This document shows positions 1-9,752 of a stretch of 64,000 nt of DNA, piece after piece. This DNA is from Candidatus Micrarchaeota archaeon (GTDB taxonomy: Archaea; Micrarchaeota; Micrarchaeia; Micrarchaeales; CABMGC01). The stretch's first letter is position 1. Each line of letters begins with the position of its first letter. The stretch is from assembly GCA_021850805.1 (NCBI GenBank), contig JAJZKO010000004.1, positions 8,336-72,335 of the forward strand, in the 5' to 3' direction. The notes beneath the pieces are model-generated. The model had not been told where the DNA came from and made no database searches. It saw only the letters and a list, made by a program, of their open reading frames with translations. Position numbers and translations under genes: made by a program.

Positions 1-246
1 AACAACAACTATCAATGGCATAAGCCCATTAGCAGCCACATTCTTCCATGTCCTCCTGCTCTCGTAGACGCCCCTGCGCTTCTTTACTTTCTTTCCGAAA
101 TTGGTAACAAGGGATGAGAGAAGCAGGAAGATCACAAGCACAGCGAGATAATAACCTCCATTTCCCGTCCCAAGAATGAATATCAGCACTCCAAGAGCCG
201 CAGCAAGGGCCAGACCATAGTAATCCAGAGTAAGAAGAGTCCTCAT
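1..246 (-). CDS. DUF92/TMEM19-family membrane protein (5' part; runs off the window start)
   Basis: Hand translation from ATG at 246: MRTLLTLDYYGLALAAALGVLIFILG...RRTWKNVAANGLMPL. Hydrophobic helices plus an R-x-x-x-NV-x-ANG motif typical of DUF92. Confidence 0.75.
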   Translation of the reverse strand, partial: MRTLLTLDYYGLALAAALGVLIFILGTGNGGYYLAVLVIFLLLSSLVTNFGKKVKKRRGVYESRRTWKNVAANGLMPLIVVV

Positions 247-300
247 ATGAATTCCACTATTAAGAAACATTTTTAAATATAGGTGTATTATATAGTAACA

Positions 301-365
301 ACTAGTTTTTAGCGTGGGAAGACTAAAACTGGTCGCCTTGCCAGCAAACCTTAGGGTTTGCTGGC
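301..365 (+). other. Two tandem hairpins (possible sRNA or cis-element)
   Basis: Stem 301-333 (ACTAGTTTTTAG/CTAAAACTGGT, one G-U pair, one bulge) and a perfect 11-bp stem GCCAGCAAACC-TTAG-GGTTTGCTGGC at 340-365. Confidence 0.5.
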
Positions 366-435
366 CTATTTCTATAAAATTATATCCTCTCACATGATTA
401 AATATATTTGTACTGAAAATCCAACATGTGATCCG

Positions 436-1314
436 ATGGAACTTAACAACCCCATGCCAAAATACAACCTATTCGGGGTGGAAAACCCTGAATATTCAGA
501 AGCCCAGGTAGTCGTCCTTCCGGTTCCTTATGACTCTACGACAACGTACAAATCCGGTGCCAGGGACGGCCCGCATGAGATAATAAGCGCAAGCAGGAAC
601 ATGGAAACGTATAGTGAAGAGTTCGGATGCGACATAACCGAGAAGATAAGGATCTTCACTACTGACGAGCTAGCCCCTAACCTCAATTCCCCAGAAGAGA
701 CTGTAAGGTCGATAGAGGAGGAAGTGTCAAAGATACTGAAAGACGGAAAGATGCCCGTGCTCCTTGGGGGTGAACATACAGTAGCGGTAGGTGCTATATA
801 TGCGGTATCAAAACACATGAAGGATTTTAGCGTAATACACTTCGATGCACACTCGGATTACAGGGACGAATACATGGGCAGCAAATACTGTCACGCATGC
901 ATAATGGCAAGGGCGAGGGAGAGATGTGATAGCTGCTTCAGCGTAGGCGTGAGGAGCATAGACGAGACAAGCGCAACAAAATACGGCAAGGACATACTTT
1001 ACAGAAAAGACATGCACAACATGACCATAAAAGAAGTGTCCGAAGAGATAATCAGAAGAACAAGGAAGAATGTCTATATAACCATAGATACGGATGTGAT
1101 AGACCCATCGCAACTGCCCAGTACAGGCACCCCGGAACCAGACGGATTAAGCTTCTTTGAGCTCACCCAGATACTAAAGAGCGTTATAATCGAAAAGCAC
1201 CTTGTAGGGATAGACTTCAACGAGTTGGCTCCAATAGGGGGACTGACAGCCCCGAATTATCTGGTAGCAAAACTGGTGTACATGGCCCTGGGTTACGCAT
1301 TCATAAAGAACTAG
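436..1314 (+). CDS. speB: Agmatinase (ureohydrolase family)
   Basis: GGEH, DAHSD and DTD metal motifs, STGTPEPDG. Start moved to ATG 436, which follows a GTGA SD-like site. Confidence 0.9.
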   Translation: MELNNPMPKYNLFGVENPEYSEAQVVVLPVPYDSTTTYKSGARDGPHEIISASRNMETYSEEFGCDITEKIRIFTTDELAPNLNSPEETVRSIEEEVSKILKDGKMPVLLGGEHTVAVGAIYAVSKHMKDFSVIHFDAHSDYRDEYMGSKYCHACIMARARERCDSCFSVGVRSIDETSATKYGKDILYRKDMHNMTIKEVSEEIIRRTRKNVYITIDTDVIDPSQLPSTGTPEPDGLSFFELTQILKSVIIEKHLVGIDFNELAPIGGLTAPNYLVAKLVYMALGYAFIKN

Positions 1315-1321
1315 GGATCCA

Positions 1322-2170
1322 TTACGGATGAAGACCCGGGGTCTTATTGTACATCGAGAAAAGTGCCAGATGCTCATCAGGGTTGTAATACTTTAGCCTG
1401 CCGTCCAGACCTGCTATCCTCTTTGATATCTCGGTTGGGCTTATGGCCTTCGGGTCCCTGTCCTTGGAAGCAAGGATAAGGGTGAAGACCATGCTGAATC
1501 CAGGCATGTAGAAATTCATGGCTCTTACCACTGGAAAAACCTTTTTCAGGTAAACAGGCATCTGTGAGTAATCCCAGCCATTTTTCTTCAGGTCCCATCC
1601 AAGCGTCACATACACGCCGTCTTTAGTCAGGCTCCTGCTTATCTGCCTTGCAAACTCTTCGCTGTAAACTTCTGTTGCTATTGACACCTGGTAAGGGTCT
1701 ATAAGATCCCCAAATATCACATCATACTTGGTCTTTGTCTTATGTACAAAATCTATCGCATCACCTATGACAAGGTTGACACGCTTATCCTTGCGCTTCA
1801 ATGCATACGGAAGATATTTTCTGCATAAATCAACCACCTCGCCGTCTATCTCGACCCAATCAATTGATACATCCTTATATCTAAGGAGTTCGCTTGCTGT
1901 AGTCCCCTCTCCGCCTCCGAGGATCAGCGCCTTCTTCGGGTTCCGTACAGTAATCATGGAAGAATGGACAAGCACCTCATGATACACATGGCAGTCTATC
2001 TCCGAAGACTGTATTACGTTGTCAAGGGCAAGGAATGTCCCTATCGTTGGGCTTCGCGCTATCAGAACATTCTGAAATTTAGTCCTGCCAAAATGAAATA
2101 CCTTGTCTACCTCCCTTACAGTAGAAGATCCATAAGGTGTGGTCTCGCTGAAAAGCAATCCTCCTCTCAT
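1322..2170 (-). CDS. speE: Polyamine aminopropyltransferase (spermidine synthase)
   Basis: YHEVLVH, LILGGGEG, VEID and DxxDP motifs. Confidence 0.9.
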   Translation of the reverse strand: MRGGLLFSETTPYGSSTVREVDKVFHFGRTKFQNVLIARSPTIGTFLALDNVIQSSEIDCHVYHEVLVHSSMITVRNPKKALILGGGEGTTASELLRYKDVSIDWVEIDGEVVDLCRKYLPYALKRKDKRVNLVIGDAIDFVHKTKTKYDVIFGDLIDPYQVSIATEVYSEEFARQISRSLTKDGVYVTLGWDLKKNGWDYSQMPVYLKKVFPVVRAMNFYMPGFSMVFTLILASKDRDPKAISPTEISKRIAGLDGRLKYYNPDEHLALFSMYNKTPGLHP

Positions 2171-2297
2171 CTAAAAACCCATATACAATACACGCGAAGC
2201 AATTAAAAGCCGAAGCCTGCCAGAAGTATTCGGATAACGCAGCAAATATTTATATTCTTATTTAAACCTATCATATCTGCAAATTCTTGGTAATCCA

Positions 2298-2720
2298 ATG
2301 CCTGAGACAAGAGCGTCACAGAGGACAAAGACTATAAACAAAAGAGAGCTCGTTACTGGCAAGCACGTATACGGCAATCTTTATGATATCAGCCCTGAGC
2401 TCCTTTACGATACGGAACTTCTATCCAGGATAATATCCGAATCAGCAAAGATAGGCAACATGCACATCGTGGAAACAATAGTCAAGAAGTTCCAGAACCT
2501 CAAGGGCGGAATCGACGGCGGCGTCTCTGTAATAGCCCTGATAAAGGAAAGCCACATAACCATACACACATGGCCTGAAGGTAATTATGCCGCTGTGGAC
2601 GTCTTCTCCTGCGGCCAGCAGAGCAGCCCGGAGAAAGCATTCGAGTACATAATACTCAAACTGAAGCCGAAGACTTACAAGATGTTCAAGGCAGACAGGG
2701 GCAACACGGTTCCTACCTGA
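2298..2720 (+). CDS. speD: Pyruvoyl-dependent SAM decarboxylase family proenzyme (AdoMetDC or arginine decarboxylase paralog)
   Basis: ESH self-cleavage motif (KESHITIHTWPE) and DVFSCG; next to speE and speB. Confidence 0.85.
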   Translation: MPETRASQRTKTINKRELVTGKHVYGNLYDISPELLYDTELLSRIISESAKIGNMHIVETIVKKFQNLKGGIDGGVSVIALIKESHITIHTWPEGNYAAVDVFSCGQQSSPEKAFEYIILKLKPKTYKMFKADRGNTVPT

Positions 2721-3471
2721 CCATCCTGCGCCTTATTATCCTGTCGAGTTTGTCAGATAGTTCCTCCTTCATCGAAGGGAACCTGACTATGCGCAGGTTC
2801 TTTTTTGAGATATCTACCATAAAAGAGTCGCCTTTGCGGAGCATTGCCACCTCAATCCCGTCACACCTAAGTATCCCTTCATATTTTACTATATCGACCC
2901 TGAGTCTTTTGTCGCAGCCAAGCACGATAGGGCTATTGTACGGCCCGTCAGCATTTATGAACGTGGTGCAGAAGACATGGGTATCAAGTATGACAGGACC
3001 TCCTGCAGACTTGTTATATGCAGTAGAGCCGACACTGCATGTCACTATAAGCCCGTCTCCGCTCATCGCATAAGGATATATCGGGTGCTTTGTAGATGCG
3101 CCCTCATACACCCTGAAACTCACTTCCTGCGCTATGTTGTGGAGTGAGACTTCGTTAACGGCATAATATCGCCTTGATTTATACCTTAAGGATATCCTCC
3201 CCCCTATACTCTCCACTTTATATCTTCCATTCTTCAGAAGCCGTATAACCCTGTCCAGATCCTTCATCGATACGTCTGCATAGAAGCCCATGCTTCCCTG
3301 CTCATCATATCTTATTGGAAGTATCGGTCCGTCATGCTCCCTGGCCGCCCTTACAAATGTACCGTCCCCTCCTATCGCAATGCATATGCTTGCCTTGTCA
3401 CTGACTTCAAACGCATCGTATATCTTCCTGAGCTGCGGATAATCCTTATTTGTTACGAGCTTTATCCTGAT
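2713..3471 (-). CDS. nadK: NAD(+) kinase (non-canonical start; frame extends to 3471)
   Basis: GGDGT motif lies upstream of the ORF-track ATG (3291) in the same open frame. NE, GDGLIV, GSTAYNKSAGGP and DG motifs follow. Confidence 0.85.
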   Translation of the reverse strand: MRIKLVTNKDYPQLRKIYDAFEVSDKASICIAIGGDGTFVRAAREHDGPILPIRYDEQGSMGFYADVSMKDLDRVIRLLKNGRYKVESIGGRISLRYKSRRYYAVNEVSLHNIAQEVSFRVYEGASTKHPIYPYAMSGDGLIVTCSVGSTAYNKSAGGPVILDTHVFCTTFINADGPYNSPIVLGCDKRLRVDIVKYEGILRCDGIEVAMLRKGDSFMVDISKKNLRIVRFPSMKEELSDKLDRIIRRRMVR

Positions 3472-4830
3472 CTACTCACCGGTAAAAAAATGTATAGGCC
3501 TGCCAAGCGCTTCCTCTGCCGCCTCCATGTACGCCTCCGAGAGTGTCGGGTGCGGGTGTATGGTGTCCGCAATATCCTCCAGTGTCCCTCCCATCTCTAT
3601 AACCTCCGCAGCCTCAGAAATCATGTTTCCTGCATCCTGCGATACGATCTCTATTCCCTTCACGAGCTTATATTTGTTGTAAAAGACCTTCACAAATCCT
3701 TTGGTCTCATCTATCGCTATCGCCTTTCCGAGCGCGCTGAGCGGGAACTTCGCGCTCTCAAGCCCTGCACCGCCAATCTCTCCTGCCGATGCTATCTCAG
3801 GATCAGAGAATACCACAGATGGTATTACTGCATTATCGAATTCTGAATCTAGTCCTGCAGCGACTTCTCCTGCAATCACGCCCTGCCTCATTGCCTTGTG
3901 CGCGAGCATCGGTTCGCCAACAACGTCCCCAATGGCCATTATCTTATCGTCCTCAGTCTCGAGCCTCCTGTTCACCTTTATGAATCCCCTGCCGTCTCTG
4001 GACACCTTCGTATTCTCCAGCCCAAGCCCCATAGTATATGGCTCAAGCCCTATTGCAACAAGCACAACCTCGGAATCAATCTTGGTGCCATCATCAAGCC
4101 GAACCTGATTCCCCGAAAACGAGACAGGCATAGATGCATAAACTTCAATGCCAAGCTCCCTCATCCTTGCAGAGACAATATCCGAAGCGTCCCTGTCGAA
4201 ATGCGAGAGTATTCCTGATCGCGCTATTATCCTGACTTTCTTTCCCATCTTCGCATATATGGTGCCTATTTCCACCGCAACGTAACCACCCCCCACTATC
4301 GTCATTGTTTCTGGAGGATGCTCAAGCATCAGCGCGGCCTTGTAGTCTATGATGCTCTTGCCATCGAAAGGCAGGCTATCAAGTGCCTTAGGCACGGATC
4401 CAGTAGCGATTATGGCCTTCTTGAAATCAAGCGAAGTGCCGTTTGTCAACTGTATCGTCGAGGAAGATAGGAAGGTGGCCTCGCCCTTTATAACCTCCAC
4501 CTTGTTCTTCCTGCACAGGAACTCTACTCCCTTTTCCAGCTTTTCAGATACCGCCATCCTCCATCTGTACAGAGCGCCAGCATCAAACTGCCCTGATAAA
4601 ACCACTCCCTTATCCTTCGCATTAAGTGCCCTATGATAAAGATCAGAATAGTAAATCATTGTCTTTGAAGGTATGCATGCATAGTTCAGGCAGTGCCCAC
4701 CCATCTTATGCTTCTCCACCACTGCAACCGAGAGCCCGAGCTGCGCGGCGCGTATTGCCGCAATATACCCCCCTACTCCACCTCCTATTACTGCGAGGTC
4801 TACTTCTTCAGGCAAGGATCCCATCACCAT
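3472..4830 (-). CDS. lpdA: Dihydrolipoyl dehydrogenase (E3)
   Basis: GGGVGG FAD motif, CLNYACIPSK redox disulfide, HPHPTLSE. Confidence 0.95.
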   Translation of the reverse strand: MVMGSLPEEVDLAVIGGGVGGYIAAIRAAQLGLSVAVVEKHKMGGHCLNYACIPSKTMIYYSDLYHRALNAKDKGVVLSGQFDAGALYRWRMAVSEKLEKGVEFLCRKNKVEVIKGEATFLSSSTIQLTNGTSLDFKKAIIATGSVPKALDSLPFDGKSIIDYKAALMLEHPPETMTIVGGGYVAVEIGTIYAKMGKKVRIIARSGILSHFDRDASDIVSARMRELGIEVYASMPVSFSGNQVRLDDGTKIDSEVVLVAIGLEPYTMGLGLENTKVSRDGRGFIKVNRRLETEDDKIMAIGDVVGEPMLAHKAMRQGVIAGEVAAGLDSEFDNAVIPSVVFSDPEIASAGEIGGAGLESAKFPLSALGKAIAIDETKGFVKVFYNKYKLVKGIEIVSQDAGNMISEAAEVIEMGGTLEDIADTIHPHPTLSEAYMEAAEEALGRPIHFFTGE

Positions 4831-4838
4831 AAAAAAAC

Positions 4839-6053
4839 CTAAATCATATCGAGAAATTCAGGATCCTCGAGATACTTCTTCAGTGCGTTGCCAAATAACA
4901 CTGCCTCGGCCCCGTCTACCACCCTGTGATCGAAAACAAGCGAGAACGGCAGAACCTTGCCTGCCACAACATTCCCCTCCTTCACTACTGGCATATCGCG
5001 TATTAAGTGGACACCCAATATTGCAACCTCAGGGTAATTTATCATTGGAACAGAGAGATATCCGCCTCCAAGGCTGCCTATGTTGCTTATAGTGAAAGTG
5101 CTGTCCCGCATCTCCTCGATGCTTACCTCCCTCTTTCTTACCTTCGAGGAGAGTTCCTGTAGCTCCTGCGCTATCTTTAGTATGCTCTTCGAATCAGCGT
5201 TCCTTATCACAACCACCTTAAGCCCATCAGGCCCCTCCGCGCCTATGCCTATGTTGTAGTATTTCTTTATCACTACCTCCTCTTTATGCTGGTCATAGCT
5301 CGCATTGAACCTGGGGTTCTCCTTAAGCGCCTGCACGGCAGCCTTTATTATGAAAGGCAGGAAGGTCAGCTTTACTCCAAGCTTTTCTGCGTTGGCCTTC
5401 TCCCTGCTTACAATCCCATAAAGGCTTCCTGCATCTATTAAGTCCATATGTGCGGCCCTTGGTATCGTCCACGAAAGCTCCATATTCTTTGCAATAGTCT
5501 TTCTGGTCTGCGATAACGGCACGCGCTCAATCTCTTCAGAATGTTTCTCTTCAAGAAGCTCAGAGAAGACCGGTACAGAAGCCTTAGCAGGAGAAGCAGG
5601 CACCTTTGCAGCCCTTATATCATTTTCAAGTATTCTTCCTCCAGGGCCTGTCCCAATCACCTTACTTATATCCACTCCAAGTTCCCTAGCAAGTTTCCTT
5701 ATGTGGGGAGCAGCAATAACTTCCCCCTCCTTGCCTTCTTTTATGCTGCCTTTCTGCCCCTGTTTATCAGCGACGACACCCTTGTCCTGCGCATGCTGAA
5801 CTGCATCCGCAGTGGAAGTGGCACCTTCTTCACCTACCGTCGCAAGCAGGTCACCTACCTTGACCTCCTGCCCTTCCTTGACTGCAAAATGCACCCTGCC
5901 CGATATCGGGCTTGGGATATTTACCACTGCCTTGTCGGTCTCTATCTGCATTATTGGCTGATCTTCTTTGACATTATCGCCCTCTTTAAAGAGCAGCTTC
6001 TCAAGCTTGCCTTCTGTAATGCCTTCTCCCACATCAACAAATCTTATCTCCAC
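4839..6053 (-). CDS. pdhC: 2-oxoacid dehydrogenase E2 (dihydrolipoamide acyltransferase)
   Basis: Lipoyl ETDKA, E3-binding GTGPGGRI and catalytic FDHRVVDG motifs. Confidence 0.93.
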   Translation of the reverse strand: MEIRFVDVGEGITEGKLEKLLFKEGDNVKEDQPIMQIETDKAVVNIPSPISGRVHFAVKEGQEVKVGDLLATVGEEGATSTADAVQHAQDKGVVADKQGQKGSIKEGKEGEVIAAPHIRKLARELGVDISKVIGTGPGGRILENDIRAAKVPASPAKASVPVFSELLEEKHSEEIERVPLSQTRKTIAKNMELSWTIPRAAHMDLIDAGSLYGIVSREKANAEKLGVKLTFLPFIIKAAVQALKENPRFNASYDQHKEEVVIKKYYNIGIGAEGPDGLKVVVIRNADSKSILKIAQELQELSSKVRKREVSIEEMRDSTFTISNIGSLGGGYLSVPMINYPEVAILGVHLIRDMPVVKEGNVVAGKVLPFSLVFDHRVVDGAEAVLFGNALKKYLEDPEFLDMI

Positions 6054-6057
6054 ACAC

Positions 6058-7023
6058 TCAACTACTAAGTGATTTATCTATGGCCTCTGCTATCTTTTTC
6101 TCGTTGGGCAAGTAATATTTCTCATATCCTGGGAAAGGATAAGGGAGGCTAGGGGACGCAACACGTAATATCGGTGCATCAAGCTCATATATGGCCTCTT
6201 CAGCTATCCTTGCCGCAACCTCTGCCCCAGCCCCAAAGCTTTCCGATGCCTCATGGACTATGACCACATGCCCTGTCTTCTTTGCCGACTCCACAAAGGT
6301 CCTGGTATCAAGAGGGTTTATTGTCCTTAAATCTATTATCTCCGCATCCACTTTCTTAGCATCAACAGTCTTCTGAACCACATTGACCATCGTTCCGTAA
6401 GTGATAATGGTTATATCATTCCCTTCCCTTAACACATTTGCCTTTCCTATGGGTACCTCATAACTCCCATCTGGTATATCCTGCTTAAAGAGCCTGTAGA
6501 GCTTAGTAGGCTCGAGAAACACCACAGGATCGTCTAATTTTACAGCGCTCAGCATGAGTCCCTTTGCATCATACGGTGATGAAGGCTCCACTACAACAAG
6601 CCCCCCCATATGCGAATAATATACTTCAGGGCTTTCGGAATGATGTTCAAGGGTCCTCACACCTCCGCTTACAGGAGTCCTCACAACCATGGGAACAGTA
6701 AGCGTAGAACGGGACCTGCTCCTGAACCTGGCAGCATGGTTAACAAGCTGGCTGAATCCAAGAAACATAAACCCGGCAAACTGTATCTCCGGTATGGGTC
6801 TTAGCCCGGCAAGAGCCATACCAACAGAAGTTCCTATTATCCCTGATTCTGCAAGCGGTGTGTCTATGACTCTCTTCTCGCCAAACTTGGCAAGCAGACC
6901 CTCGGTTACCCTAAAAACTCCCCCGTCCTTGCCTATATCTTCTCCAAGCAGAACAACCTTGCTGTCATTCTCCATTGCTATCCTTAAAGCGTCATTAATC
7001 GCCATTACCATATTTGCCTGCAT
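6058..7023 (-). CDS. pdhB: Pyruvate/2-oxoacid dehydrogenase E1 beta
   Basis: GEDIG..GGVFR, DTPLAE, EIQF, HHSES. Start set at ATG 7023 (MQANMV). Confidence 0.93.
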   Translation of the reverse strand: MQANMVMAINDALRIAMENDSKVVLLGEDIGKDGGVFRVTEGLLAKFGEKRVIDTPLAESGIIGTSVGMALAGLRPIPEIQFAGFMFLGFSQLVNHAARFRSRSRSTLTVPMVVRTPVSGGVRTLEHHSESPEVYYSHMGGLVVVEPSSPYDAKGLMLSAVKLDDPVVFLEPTKLYRLFKQDIPDGSYEVPIGKANVLREGNDITIITYGTMVNVVQKTVDAKKVDAEIIDLRTINPLDTRTFVESAKKTGHVVIVHEASESFGAGAEVAARIAEEAIYELDAPILRVASPSLPYPFPGYEKYYLPNEKKIAEAIDKSLSS

Positions 7024-7024
7024 C

Positions 7025-8107
7025 TTAATCACCCAGCCAGTATCCTGCTGCTTCACCTGCAGAGAGTTCCGAAGAGAGGACATCAGGCATAAAGCTGTAT
7101 ACATTCTTGAAGACAGAAGAAGGATCTGGAACAAATTTTTCTGCTTTTTCAAGCGCAGCATCAAGCGTCTTCACATTTTCTTCGTGCAATTCCCTTTCTT
7201 TGTCATCGTCCCAAAGATTCTTTGCAGATAGATACTTGCGTATACGCAGCAGCGGATCCCTATTCTTCCATATTGCTTCATCAGAACTATCCCTGTATTT
7301 CGTAGGGTCATCAGCTGTCGTATGCATGCCCATCCTGTATGTTATTGCTTCTATGACAAATGGGCCTCCCTCGCTCAAAGATCTCCTTATAGCATCCTTT
7401 ACGGCCTTATATACTGCCACGACATCGTTTCCGTCCACCTGCATGCCCTCAATCCCAGCGGCAAATGCCTTCTGCGCAAGTGTCAGTGCAGCGCTCTGCT
7501 TTGCCCTTGGTATGGATATAGCCCACTGATTATTCTCTATAATCACTACAAGCGGCACTTTCCATACGCCTGCAAAATTAAGTGCCTCGTAGAAGTCTCC
7601 TTCAGATGTGCCACCGTCCCCAACATAAACCACCACCGCAGCCCCGGTATTGTTGTATTTTTGCGCAAAGGCAATCCCTGACGCGTGTGGAAGCTGCGTG
7701 GAGACAGGGACGGCATTGGTCAGATACCTAAGTGGTTTACTTACTACGCATCCCTCTTCAAAACCCATCCAGTATATGAAAAGCAGCTCAAGCGGAATGC
7801 CCCTCTCTATCTGCACCGCATGCTGCCTAAAAGACGGTACAAATATATCCTTCTCCCCCATCGCAAAAGCGCTTCCTATCTGCGTCGCCTCTTCTCCGAG
7901 AAGCGGAGCATAAGTTACCGCCCTTCCCTGCCTCTGCAGGCTCAGGAGCTTTGCATCAAAGTCCCTCGCGAAGCCCATCCTCTTATACATCCTCAATACT
8001 AATGCATCATCCACATCCTTGGGAAAAAGCGCTGCATCTGCGTTCCCATTCTCGTCTATTATCGAGATATACTCTATCTTATCATCAAAAACCTGCTTGA
8101 CAACCAA
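7025..8107 (-). CDS. pdhA: Pyruvate/2-oxoacid dehydrogenase E1 alpha
   Basis: TPP motif GDGGTSEGDF...NNQWAIS and TYRMGMHTTADDP. Confidence 0.93.
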   Translation of the reverse strand: MVVKQVFDDKIEYISIIDENGNADAALFPKDVDDALVLRMYKRMGFARDFDAKLLSLQRQGRAVTYAPLLGEEATQIGSAFAMGEKDIFVPSFRQHAVQIERGIPLELLFIYWMGFEEGCVVSKPLRYLTNAVPVSTQLPHASGIAFAQKYNNTGAAVVVYVGDGGTSEGDFYEALNFAGVWKVPLVVIIENNQWAISIPRAKQSAALTLAQKAFAAGIEGMQVDGNDVVAVYKAVKDAIRRSLSEGGPFVIEAITYRMGMHTTADDPTKYRDSSDEAIWKNRDPLLRIRKYLSAKNLWDDDKERELHEENVKTLDAALEKAEKFVPDPSSVFKNVYSFMPDVLSSELSAGEAAGYWLGD

Positions 8108-8174
8108 ACAACCGCCTATTTAATCTGCAATGCAAATTATAAATTAATATCTGAAAAAATAGGCACCATTCATA

Positions 8175-8861
8175 TCAAAGGAGAATAATGGAAAGTGTCC
8201 GTGCCTTATCGAGTAAAGATGCGCTTGTAAGGTTATCCCCGTTTTCTATCGTTCCGACTGCCTCAAGGAATGCTCTCAAATCCTTCCTGTACAGCTTAAC
8301 CCTACTCACGCTAGCCCCGCGCATCTCCGCTCCAAGCATGCGCGCCCCGCGCAGATCTGCTCCCTTAATATCCGCGCCGAAGAGATAACTTCCTTCCATA
8401 ATCGCATTTCTAAGAATAGCGCCTTTCATATAAGCCCCCCAAAAATAAGCATCGGAGAAATCCGCATGCGATAAGTCTGAATATGCCATGTAAGCGCCGC
8501 TCATGTTTGCGCCTCTGAAAGACGAATGCGCCAATCTTGCATAGCCAAGATTTGCCCCGCCAAAGTTTGCACATTCGCAGTCGGATCCTGTAATATTCGC
8601 ATACCCTAAGTTTGCACCTCCAAAATTCATACCGCGCAGATACGCATTTTTGATGGATGCGCGGTACAGGTTAGCGCCTCCGGCATTCATCGCACCGATC
8701 TTCTTACTGTCAAGCATCAGTGCACCCAAATTTCTTTCGCCGAAAATGATGCCAAGAGCGCGCCTCTCTCCCATCCTGCCCCTGCCACCAGCCTTTTTCC
8801 CAAGCAAAAAATCCGCATAAAGCGATGCTGCATCTTGTACATCAACACGCATATCAATCAC
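8175..8861 (-). CDS. Pentapeptide repeat protein
   Basis: About 25 tandem A-(N/D/Y)-(L/F/M)-x-x units (GANLGYANITG...). Confidence 0.9.
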   Translation of the reverse strand: MIDMRVDVQDAASLYADFLLGKKAGGRGRMGERRALGIIFGERNLGALMLDSKKIGAMNAGGANLYRASIKNAYLRGMNFGGANLGYANITGSDCECANFGGANLGYARLAHSSFRGANMSGAYMAYSDLSHADFSDAYFWGAYMKGAILRNAIMEGSYLFGADIKGADLRGARMLGAEMRGASVSRVKLYRKDLRAFLEAVGTIENGDNLTSASLLDKARTLSIILL

Positions 8862-8959
8862 GCAAATTCCAAAAACCCCTACCGATTCTGTATCAATTTA
8901 TAAGCATTTATAATAAAAACTACTATTACTATTAACTGTTGTTTGTACGGTTGTGATTG

Positions 8960-9706
8960 ATGGAAGCAATAATATTGTGCGGAGGATTTGCGACGAGGCT
9001 TGAACCAATAACCTTGTTTGTGCCAAAACCGCTTCTGCCTATCCAGGGCAAACCCATAATAGATAACACCATGGATAAGATGCGCGCTGCAAAGCCAAAG
9101 CGCATCATAATATCTACAAACAAGAAGTTCTCAGACCAGTTTGAGCACTGGGCCGTCTCGAGGGAGCGCACGTCAGGCACAGGCAAAATAGAGATACTTG
9201 TAGAGCCCACACTCCACAACAAAGAGAAATTCGGCGCAGTAAAGGGGATAGAGTTTGCTATAAAGAAGAAGAGGATAAACGACGACCTACTCATAGTCGC
9301 GGGGGACAATTTCTACAAATTTGATTTGCAGCGCATGATCAAGCGATTCAGGGAACTACGCAAGCCTGTAATAGCATTGCACGATATAAAAAAGAAGGAG
9401 GAGGCAAGGAGGTTTGGTGTCATATCGATGAAAAACGGCATAATAGCCCACTTCGAGGAGAAGCCAGAGAAGCCAAAGTCAACCCTGATAAGCACCGGAA
9501 TATACCTATTCCCTAAAGAAACCCTGAGAATGTTTGAAGAGTATCTATCAGACAGCAACAATCCCGACGCCCCGGGATATTTCCTGCACTGGCTGATAAA
9601 CAAGGAAAAAGTATACGGGGTAACATATAATGAAGAGTGGTACGACATAGGCACAATAGATACATACAGGAAGGTATTCGAGTCCTGCATGAAAAGGAGT
9701 GGATAA
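8960..9706 (+). CDS. Sugar-phosphate nucleotidyltransferase
   Basis: ILCGGFATRL..PKPLLP, AGDN, EEKP, WYDIGT. Confidence 0.9.
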   Translation: MEAIILCGGFATRLEPITLFVPKPLLPIQGKPIIDNTMDKMRAAKPKRIIISTNKKFSDQFEHWAVSRERTSGTGKIEILVEPTLHNKEKFGAVKGIEFAIKKKRINDDLLIVAGDNFYKFDLQRMIKRFRELRKPVIALHDIKKKEEARRFGVISMKNGIIAHFEEKPEKPKSTLISTGIYLFPKETLRMFEEYLSDSNNPDAPGYFLHWLINKEKVYGVTYNEEWYDIGTIDTYRKVFESCMKRSG

Positions 9707-9752
9707 TCTACATCGTGAGATGGATATGCAGACAGTTTACTGGTGAAGCATC

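Noticed and set aside
301-365. Guanidine-II riboswitch upstream of a ureohydrolase
   Set aside because: The hairpin loops lack the required ACGR tetraloops.
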